Source: the human T2T-CHM13v2.0 reference genome, Homo sapiens
DNA: 64,000 bases
Strand: one strand, 5' to 3'
Assembly: GCF_009914755.1 (NCBI RefSeq)
Contig: NC_060926.1
The notes beneath the pieces are model-generated. The model had not been told where the DNA came from and searched no databases. It was given only the letters and a program-made list of their open reading frames with translations. Below are positions 53,391-64,000 of the stretch, piece after piece. The position numbers and the translations under genes were made by a program. Numbering within the stretch: position 1 is the stretch's first letter; every line of letters starts with the position of its first letter.

Positions 53391-54325
53391 TTGTTGGAGA
53401 AGTAAGGTACCACCTATACCTATATGACAAATGAAAGGATACCTCGATTTTTGCTCAGTTTTCACAGAGAGGTTTCTGAGACAGGTTAAAAGCTTTTACT
53501 CAGTGTAAAGATGAGCTGTTGTACATGTCTGTCTCTCTGTTTTTATGCATATGTTCACCAAATATGTATTAAGCTTCTAATATGTCTGACACAGTAACTT
53601 TGTGACTGTAGACAATTTCCTCATTTGTAAAATGTGAGTAATAACAATACCTGCCTCCTGGGCTTGTTCTAAAGATTAAAATAAAAATGTATGGTTTAAT
53701 GGTAGTGGATTTGGGGGGATCCCCTATATAAATAAGTGAATGGAGGTATGAATAAATAAATACATAAAGATGTGTGTACTTATATTTATACACATAATTA
53801 AAAATAGTTAAAGATGTACAAATTAAAGTTAAATGTATGTGATATTGAAGTATATGTTGATTATTGATAATGAAGTACAGTATAATTTCTAACCCCACAC
53901 CTTAACATCTCATACTTAATAACTCATATCTTAATTTCTAGCCTACTTAAGATACATAGATATAGATAGAATGTTCTAAATCATTATTGCCTTAGTTTTA
54001 ATGTATAATATTCATATGAAAAAGTATCTATCAGTGTGTAGTAAATGTATTAGAACATTATTTATAGGTCAAATGATATTGACAATGTTTCAGAGTCGTC
54101 ATCTTCATTTCTGGATAATTTTTCAAACTGAGAGTAATTAAATTTGCTATTTTTTCACCCTTTTCTACAATGGCAAATAACATATAAACAATGAGCTGTG
54201 ATTTAAAGAAATAATTTTATAATGTAAAAGCTTCCCTATGCCTTATTGATTCCCATGCCCTTAATTAATTTTGGTAGTTTAAGTTTGTGATTTCAGTGCT
54301 GAGGAAAGTTTATTTCATCTTAGAG

Positions 54326-54497
54326 CAGTGGGGCTCAGTCATGATTTCACATCACAATCACCTGGATAATTAAAGAATACTGATGCAGAGTTCGTATTCA
54401 AAGACTTGGAATCCCTAGAAGTGACACAGAAGCATTGGTATATATATATTTTTAAAGTTTTCCTGGAGAAACACATAGCCATGATTGAGAACCACTG
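54326..54497. mobile_element. MER5-like hAT-Charlie MITE
   Basis: Termini cagtggggctca / tgagaaccactg, internal aatcacctgg...aatactgatgc. Confidence 0.6.
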
Positions 54498-56098
54498 TCC
54501 TGGGGAAAGTGACTATTTTCTCATTACTCAAATAGCCAAGTTTCAGGAGGTAAAATACTTACATTTTTCTCCATTAAAACTTGTAAAACACATATCTCAC
54601 CAAAGACTATTAAAACATCTAGCCAAAGCAATATGAACTAGTTAATGTTTGCCACTAGCTTGCCAGTAGTTAAAAAAAAAAAAGGAAGAACTGTTATTGG
54701 AAGAGAGCTAGATTTAATAAGCAGTAGTCATCTCTATACAATCTGGTGTCTTTTTATTTATAAATTCAAGTAGGTTTCCATTGCTATTAATTTAATCATA
54801 GCCTTCTTAGGGCTTAGCCTAATGCTTTATTTCAAACTCATTTTGAAATTTATTCTCTGGAGTCAGAAACAGGAACTAGAATCAGCTTGGAATGAAACTA
54901 CCTTTCATGTCTCTCTTTGGCTACTCATGGCTTCTATTGGGGGAAATTAGAAAAAGACTTAGTAAACGTAGTTCTTTCCAATTTGTATTATTAACACCAT
55001 CCAGTATTGCATATTCTGAGCATTTTACTCATTTATTTCATACCATAAGCCCCAATCATTTCTCCCTTTATTATCTGTGACATTGATTTTTTTTTTCTCC
55101 AAGTTACTTGTTAGTGGTAGAACAGACCCCCGGAGCACTAATGTTCCCAGCCGCTTTGCTGCTGCTCTTCTACCCACTTGTCGTTCTTCTAAAAAAATAA
55201 ATAAAGAAAAAATAGAAAAATGGAGGGGAGGAACTTCTTTCATACAATATTTAGGAAAACTTAATATAAACATCGCTCACTTGAAGCTTCACAGTGTGCA
55301 TTTACACATTAAAGGCTCTGAGGAGCCCTGCAGTGAAATCAAGCCAAAACACATCAAGCAAAACTAAACACCTGTTTAACTTTATTGACCTCAGATTTTC
55401 TAACATTATTTGATCATGAATCCCTTTTAGCAAGAAACCACTACAATAAACTATGGCAATGGATTTCCATATATTACTCCATTAGTAGCAATAGTTTAAG
55501 GAATGAATGAGCCTTTTGAAAAGTTGTGTTGCCATTTTTAGGTGCCAGGGCTGGTCATTCCCTTTGACTTGTCTTTTCACCAATGAAGTCAGCTCACAAT
55601 CAGGTCTTTACATTAGTAGTGTAAATGTTCCACAATTGTATCTTCTGATGTAATGTATTCTGACATCATAAGCATTTTCGGAAAATGATTAAAATGTTAG
55701 CCTTTCCTGTACTCCACCACATTACCGCCTTTAAAAATCTTCCTTCCTTTATTTTACCTTACATAAATTCTAAACTGGATACTGTCATTTCCTTAGCAGT
55801 GATTGTAACACAGAATCAGATACAGATTGTGTCTGATAACACTACTTTCCAAAAAACTGAGTCTTATGTTGTTGAACATGTTAAAAGTGTTTAAATAGAA
55901 AATTCAAAAGATTTAAAAGAGAATTTAATTGACTTATTTACATGTCTATACTTATTTCTTTACAGTATAAATCTGGACATTTAGCCACTTGCTGATTATT
56001 ATTAGAGCTTCCAATATAATGACATGGCAAGATCACATGACAGGAGCTAGGCAGCTGTTGACTATTTGAGTTGCAGTCTTTGCCTTGACATTTATAAG

Positions 56099-56684
56099 CA
56101 TTAAAAAGCTCACTCGCTATACAGATATCTCCCATTTTTAGATGTACTAAATGTAAAATATATAATTTTACAATAATACTATATAATATATAATAAACAT
56201 CTATTGTAGATAAAGCCAATCTATAAACACTTATATTCAAGATGGATATAAGTTACTTAGTTTCTCTGAGCCTCTATATATTGTCTTGGCCAGAGTTCAT
56301 TTTAATACTGAGGTAACAAAGAAACCCTGGTGTAAAAAGAGGAAGAATATGTTGTGGAACTCTAGTGGAGTAAGGACATAGATTATGGGAAGGACTGAAA
56401 TATACAAATAGGAAATCATCAAGAGTTAAAGCACACTTTTAATCTTTCTGGGGCAGCATTGTCTCTATTTTTTACTTTAGCTATTTACATCCTTCTTTGT
56501 CTGCATGGACCAGTATTCACTGTGATCCTACCATCCCCATCTTGGATATAAGTGTTTATAGATTGCATTTATCTATAATAGATGTCTATTATATATTATA
56601 TATGTATTATTGTAAAATTATATACTTTACATTTAGTACACCTAAAAATGGGAGACATCTGTATAGCGAGTGAGCTTTTTAATG
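56099..56684. repeat. Long inverted repeat: arms 56099-56245 and 56537-56684, 291-bp spacer
   Basis: Manual alignment of the left arm to the reverse complement of the right arm gives 8 substitutions and 1 indel over 148 columns. Confidence 0.95.
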
Positions 56685-56745
56685 AACTATAGAACTAGTT
56701 TATTAATAATTATGTAAATTCTCTGACTTTCATATGTAAGATTTT

Positions 56746-57003
56746 CTTTTTTTTTTTTTTTTTTTTTTTTGAGACAGGGCCTGAGGCTTGCTGTTTTCCA
56801 GGCTGAAATGCAGTGGCACTATCATAGCTTACTGCAACCTCAAACTCCTGGGCCCCACCATGCCCAGCTAATTTTTAAATATTTTGTAGAAATTGGGTCT
56901 CACTATGTTGCCCAGGCTGGTCTCAAACTCCTGACCTCAAGCAGTCCTCCTTCTGCAACTTCCCAAAGTATTGGGATTACCGTCATGAGCCACAGTGCCC
57001 AAC
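56746..57003 (-). mobile_element. AluJ-like element with internal deletion
   Basis: Poly-T then gagacagg...ctcactatgttgcccaggctggtctcaaactcctg. Confidence 0.9.
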
Positions 57004-57680
57004 TAGATTTGCTTTTGAATGTAAGAGTCAAATAATGTTGAATTGTAAAGATCTTTAATTTTTGCTCAGGTACATCATTCTTCATATATGTATATACAGC
57101 AAGATGTAGCAAATTGACATATACATAGTTGGCGTGCAACAAATGGTGGTAAATTAAATTGAAATGTTAAAACTAAGTGTATTAATCGACACACTTTGGC
57201 AAGAATGCATCTATTTACACTGTTACCAGGGATGGTAGTGAAATCCCCTTTGAATAACCCGGAAGTTCTTTTACCCTGTCTTTTATGGGCAAGACCTATT
57301 TTAGAGTCAAAGTCCAGCACTGAGAATGTGAAGATCAGAGCACATCAGAGGTTGCCTAAGCAAGGGATAGTGAGTTTTAACTGTTCACATCTTCTGCTTA
57401 TGTGTTCCCTAAGGGGTGGTCATTGGTTTTATTGCCTCACTATGAGAGTATGTTGTGTTTTGGGGGTGTTATTATGCTTTTAGATTTTTGCTATCTATGT
57501 ATTCCCATGGCTTCATGTCAGGAAATCCACTACCCAATTCATCAGACCATAAAACAAATAAATGAAAATTCTCTTGATGCAAAATTTGAGGTTTTCAAAT
57601 GAAAGGAAAGGAAAGAGAAAGGAAGGTAGGCAGCAGGTGATATTTGGGGACCTGACATACAGAGAAACACATGTATAGAC

Positions 57681-57715
57681 TCTATCTAATCTATCTATCT
57701 ATCATCTATCTATCT

Positions 57716-57755
<40 letters not shown>

Positions 57756-57905
57756 ATCTATCTATCTATCTATATCTATCTATATGTATGTATCTATCTA
57801 ATCTATCTATCTATATCTATCTATATCTATGTATGTATCTATCTATGTTTCTATTTATGTGTCTATGTATCTATGTATCTATCTATCTATCTGCCTACCT
57901 ACCTA
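57681..57905. repeat. Compound (TCTA/TGTA)n STR
   Basis: Direct reading; abuts the left end of Tigger1. Confidence 0.9.
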
Positions 57906-57913
57906 TGTCTCTA

Positions 57914-58826
57914 TTGGCATATTTCCGTTTATTGTGCTTTGCTGCCCCTTTTTTTTTTTTTTTTTTAACAAATTGAAGGTATGTGACAACCATGCATTCA
58001 ACAAGTCTATGGGTGATAGTTTTTTCAACAGCATGTGCTCATATCATGTCTCGGTGTCACATTTTGGTAATTCTCACAATATAGCCAACTTTTTCATTAT
58101 TATTACATCTATTTTGGTGACCTGTGCTCAAAACTTCAGTGGAAGAAGTAACTGCAGATGTGGTGGAAATAACAAGAGAACTAGAATTAGAAGTGGAGCC
58201 TGAAGATGGGACTGAATTGCTGCAATCTCATGATAAAATTTGAAGGGATGAGGAGTCACTCATGGAAGAGCAAAGAAAGTTGTCTCTTGAGATGAAATCT
58301 ACTCCTAGTAAAGATGCTATGAACATTGTTGAAGTGACAACTTAGCTGATAAAGCAGTGGCAGAGTTTGAGAGGATTGACTTCAATTTTGAAAGTTCTGT
58401 GAGTAAAATGTTACCAAACAGCATCAGATGCTACAGAGAAATGTTTCACGAAAGAGCGTCATTTCAGCAAACTTCTCAAACTTTATTGTAGTCTTATTTT
58501 AAGAAATTGCAACAGCCACCTCAGCCTTCAGCAACCACCACCCTGATCAGTCAGCAACCATCAACATTGAGGCAAGACCATCTACCAGCAGAAAGATTAT
58601 GACTTGGCTGAAGGCTCAGATTATTGTCAGCATTTTTTAAGCAATAAAGTATTTTTAAATTAAGGTATGTATATTATTTTTTAGACGTAATGCTATTGAG
58701 TATGTAATAGACTACAGTGTAGTGTAAACATAACTTTCCTATGCACTGGGAAACCAAAACATTTGTGTGACTCACCTTATTGTGGTGGTCTGGAAACTAA
58801 CCAACATTATCTCCAAGGTATGCCTG
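57914..58826 (+). mobile_element. Tigger1 (TcMar-Tigger) DNA transposon, internally deleted
   Basis: Degenerate left TIR (ttggcatat), right TIR ...aggtatgcctg, TA on both flanks. Internal gaagaagtaactgcagatgtggtggaaata..agaactagaattagaagtggagcctgaagatg is typical Tigger1. Confidence 0.88.
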
Positions 58827-59890
58827 TACACACAGACACACAGACACATGTATATACATACATGTATATTATATATAATATATAATGTGGGTATATATAT
58901 GTATATATAAACACATGTATACATATACACATTATACACAACTCAAAATTCAAATCACAAAGAGTTTATATAGAATCATCCTGGCTTTTTAGCCTCAGAT
59001 CTCACTCCACAAATGTAGCCACTGTCACCAGTGTTTTGAGAATCCTTTCAGATTTGTCCAGGCCCATCATCCTGTCATACCCTCTCTTTCTCTCTCTCTC
59101 TGTGTATGTGCGTATATATATTATATATATTATAATTTTATATACACACTATATATAATATATGTGTGTGTGTTTGATTTACAAATGAGCTCTTACCATA
59201 TATACTGTTCTATTTCTTGCTTTATTCACTTAACACAAGGATATCTGCTTCATTTGAGTTGATAGAATGCCATACTAGATGTCTCATAATTTATTCAGTT
59301 TCCTGTTTATGGATGTTTATTTTATTTTATTTTGAAATTAAAATTTAATGCAATTGTGACACATAATATCCTCTCTTTGCAATGAAGATGTCTACCTCAT
59401 CCCCCAACCAAAAGGGTAAAGGCCACAAGGAGAACATTACTATGTGTTTACTGGGAAATGTTGAGGTAGCTAGCCAAACAAAGGCTTACATTTTCACTCT
59501 TAACTACTCTCAGTGAGGAACATGTTTAACATGAGTGCCTTGTTAGAAATGTCTTTCAGATTTACTTCATATATACTTGTAAACAAATGATGCAGTTGCA
59601 ACACGATTTCTTACAAGCTCTGACTTTTTGTTCATTTGTTGTCATAATACATGATTATAACCCTAAAATCTAATGTAATATTAGTTACCATATTATATTT
59701 CAGTGTTATGTGGATGGGTCTTGAATTCTTTCCAAAGAAGTTTAATTATATCATATCACAGTAGATGCATCTATTAGACATTAAAAAAACAGTGTTTAAC
59801 GTGACACACCAGCGTAGACCAAGTGAATTAGCTCTTTTCTCCTACAAAGCTAAATCTTTTCTTTCAGTTATAGAAACTTTCTTTTCTGTT

Positions 59891-59962
59891 CACAGACCCC
59901 TTTGACAGAACTTTACCTATATAATAAACCTGCACATGTACCCCTGAGCTTAAAAGAAAAAA
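59891..59962 (+). mobile_element. Ultra-short (~70 bp) L1 3' end with TSD
   Basis: tttacctatataataaacctgcacatgtacccctgagcttaaaa flanked by aactttctttt(t)ctgtt on both sides. Confidence 0.75.
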
Positions 59963-62635
59963 GGAACTTTCTTTTTCTGTTATAGAAAGTTTGTTGCTAA
60001 AAATGGCTGTTTTTTTTTTGTTTGTTTTTTAATTTTCCAATGTGACAATTAGCCATGGATTTACAATTATACCCCAAACAGGTTTTGGGGCAATAGTCAG
60101 GACACTGAACTTGAATTCAAAAATCTTGTTCCATGTTCTGGCTCTGATCCTTGTGATTATGTAAGTCTCACCTTCCTGATGCTCAATTTCATTATATATG
60201 CAACAATATGAGGATTAAATACGATTTGTTATCTGTAAGATGCTCTGTAATAAGACAGGTATTATTTGCTATTCACTATGTACAAAGCAAAATAAGTTTA
60301 TGCTATTTGATTTTTGTTGCCAAATCCTAAATCAGCAGCCATTACAATTACTGGTGACAGTTTTTCTCCAACTTTCCCAGCTCCACACACTCTGGATTAA
60401 GAAATTACCTCTAATTCTAGACCAGGGTAGATATAAAAAATGTAAATAGGTGGATCTGTGTTAGGGTAAGTGTATTATGTATTATATTACATATTAAATT
60501 TTCTATTTTTATATGTGAACTAATGAAGTCCATAAAACTAGGAAACTTTGGAAGATAGGTCCCACATATTTTAAATACAACTAAGATAATTTGTCTAAGC
60601 AGAAAATAGTAGTTTTCTTCATAATTCTTCATTTCATTGAACTTTTAACTGTGATTCCCCTTTATGTAAATTAAACAATAATTTAGAGATTTTAAACATT
60701 TTGGAAGAGTTTTGTAGCTGACATTATCTTTAAGATATTCGTGATGTATGATTTAGTGAATAGGTGAGGAAATACAATGTCATGGTGAATAGAGAAAAAG
60801 CCACTTAATTTTATGACCAAATATATTTTTAATAGGTCAACTCTTTGATTATTTATTAGTAATAACTTTAACAATATTTACACAACACTTGTTTCTTACA
60901 AAACTGTTCATATATTTCTCACCTTCCTTAAATGACAGGTATTTTCATTTCCATTTGAGCCAGCTGAGAATTAATGTTAAAAGATTTACCTAATGTTTTC
61001 TGAGAATTCAATGCCCTGTAAAAATAAACTTACCTTATGAGTTGTCAAGATGACTACAAAGAGCTGAAAGAAAGCTTCTCTAGCTAGAATATATGTATTG
61101 TAAATATCAGTTTCTTAAACCGTTATTAGAGTGTAAGCAATCACTTCCTTGTTGCGTACATTCTCTCACTTGCCAAGTTGTACTGGAAGTGGATGCTAAT
61201 AACTTGCACTTGGCTTGTACTTTAATGCGTTGGAATAGCACATTTCTTAATTGCGTATCATCTAGAGCGGTCTACCAATTTAGATGAAAGAGCTCTGTTC
61301 AGCACACGACTGGGAGGATATTGTGGTGAAAAGATATCAACAATCACTCCATTAATGTTTAGCTTATACTTGCATCTAATGGGTGATAATGCATCTTACG
61401 TGACATATATGAAGATAAATTTACAGCATTAATAGGCTTATATTCCATAACGATAAGCTATTTCTCTAACAAGTCCTACTTCGCTAATAAAATATTGTCT
61501 TCCTAGTGTCATGTGATAGAAAGATAAGGGTTAGATGATGTATGTTGCTTTTATTGACAGCAACAAAATGCCTTCATCTTGGTGTACAATATATATTTTT
61601 ATTATATAAAAACAGAGAACATTGTCACTGTGTGGAAAGTTACATTTCATGAAAATATACATTTGGCAACATTAAATTATCTGTCTGGAGACATGGGTCA
61701 TCTGCATATAACATTTAAAACTGCAGTTTAGTTTTTAAAGCTATTTATTTTTACTCCACTTTCAGATAAGATTTAACACAAATTTAAGCCAGTTAAGTAG
61801 TCATTTCGATATCTCTGAAATTGTACATATGAGGTAGCAATCAATCAGTTCAATCATGTTAAAATTTTCTTTCTACAGACATACCCATTGAAAGTTATTT
61901 CAGTCATAAATTCCTCATCTTAAAATCACTTACCATGAGTTCTGAGCATGTGAGAGTATAAATGATATTAATAAAAAAATAAAATAAATCTTAAATTTAT
62001 TGTTTTTCCCACTTCAGCATTAAGATGACAACCCCATGTAAAAAGTAATTTTAAAGTCTCATTAATTTCATGACCCATCTCACTGTGGACTCATAGGCCC
62101 TTTTAAATATATTATTAGTACATATATTTTAGGGTATCACATTATTGAGAAGTGAATAAAAGCTGAAGTTCTTCATCCCAGAAAAATACTCATAAGCTTA
62201 TGCCAAAATATACACATAGTTTCAGGAGGTACAAAGACTTCTCCAAAACTCATGAAGCTTAGGATAAACACCATATTTTATGAGTTATTTTTTATTGTTA
62301 ATAAGAAAGATAATGTCACCACGTTATGTAAGCCATTTTCATAAAAAAAAGAAGCAATTTGTTGTGGAAGCATGATAGTTTATTTCCAAATGACTTAGTT
62401 TAATTTATAATTATATAATATAGATTGACTCTGATAATAAAGATCTATATTGATAAGTTGCATTAGATTTCAGATTGGGGCATATATGAAGAAATATAAA
62501 ACTGTGTTGAATGCATATATTATTACAAAAAATATTTGTATATTATGTCTGTGGTTATTTCAATATTTTTATAAATCTCTATGTAAACTTACATAAGAGG
62601 AAAAATATATTTCATACATCTGTATACCCATATAA

Positions 62636-62982
<347 letters not shown>

Positions 62983-64000
62983 CTACTTCTTTCATTATTC
63001 AATACTATCTTTAAAAGTAAAATTTTGCATTAAAAAACAAACACAAAAAGCGATGTTACCAAAAGAATTTTATAGGCCACTTAAAAGTTTTAGTGAATGT
63101 GAAAATATTTTTGTGAGTAACTTTGAACAAAATTGATCTCAGAATCTAGCATTAGATGATTATTGCTAACAAGAATGCAGGCAGTACCAAAGTCTGCTCC
63201 AGTTGTCGCTTAGTATACCCCTCTGCACATTTTTTCTTGATTCACATTACTTGCTACAGGAGCATCCAGTGAATTTATGATAGGATGGGATAAGTAAAGG
63301 AACACCATCTATGGCAAGAGGGAGGTGAGAATACAATTTTGATCTCTATATCAGAGTCTTGTATTTAATTTTTTCAACCTTCAATTTCACTTCTCTTTTA
63401 CATATTCTTATGATACAATTTTTAAAGTTATCTGAGTGCTTTTATTTTCTAGGGTAAGGTAGGTTTTAATTAGGAAGCAGACATTATTATGACAATAGCA
63501 GAAATACTTAACTCTCAAATCAATGATCTTTGCTATAAAAAAGATACACTACGTTGATGTGGGATTAATCCTAATTTATTAATAGTTTCTATTTTCAGTA
63601 TATTGATTTATTGTTAATAATTTGGGACCATTTCTCATCATTTCAATGTCATAAACACAGTCATACAGCTATATAATGAAAGGTATGTAGATGAGTGTGC
63701 ATGGATGTAGTAGGATTGTACATTCATTTTTTCCACAAAATTGAATGCCTGTATGAGTCAGACCCCAAGCTACCTCTGAGGATGCAGTAGGGAACAAGAT
63801 TGACAGTCTTAGGGAGTTTAGGAGGAAAATGGGTTTAGTGGCAAAGATAAACATTGAATAAGTAAGGACACAAATAAGTAAATGTAATTGTGAAAATTTT
63901 CATGGAGGATTAGTGCAGGTTTCTCCTGCACTAAAGTATGTAAAGTATATAATAATATCAAGTAAGTTGATCCAGGGGCCAGGAAGCTCTTCCTTCTTTT

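Noticed and set aside
57671-58203. ORFs with YLSI repeats (also 43410-43634)
   Set aside because: Translations of TCTA microsatellites and Tigger1 sequence.
58827-59175. Apparent palindromes in TA/CA-rich sequence
   Set aside because: Low-complexity (TA)n/(CA)n is trivially self-complementary.

Overview
Primate (human-like; an AluY is present) AT-rich genomic DNA containing the 5' end of TMEFF2 (tomoregulin-2/HPP1/TENB2) on the minus strand. I recognised the gene from the translated sequence. It has a CpG-island promoter at ~49-50.8 kb, a uORF-rich 5' leader and coding exons 1-4 (172, 110, 130 and 27 nt, all GT-AG), encoding the signal peptide, the first follistatin/Kazal module and a Gly-Ser linker. 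Intron 4 is >34 kb and runs off the left edge. The rest is intron or upstream DNA with ordinary repeats (Alu/FAM, L1, L2, MIR, THE1/MLT1/LTR16, Tigger1, MER5/MER81, microsatellites). Almost all ORFs in the supplied track are spurious. I found no clearly new biological system. The best leads are: a ~147-bp, ~94%-identical inverted repeat ~7 kb upstream that I do not recognise as a TE; the intron-4 read-through isoform, whose tail looks like a GPI or membrane anchor signal; a five-AUG uORF cluster with one stop 2 nt before the main AUG; unusual splice features around exons 2 and 4; a strong intronic CTCF site; and an old ~97-bp dispersed direct repeat. Repeat family names come from recalled consensus sequences, not a search, and boundaries of old repeats are approximate.
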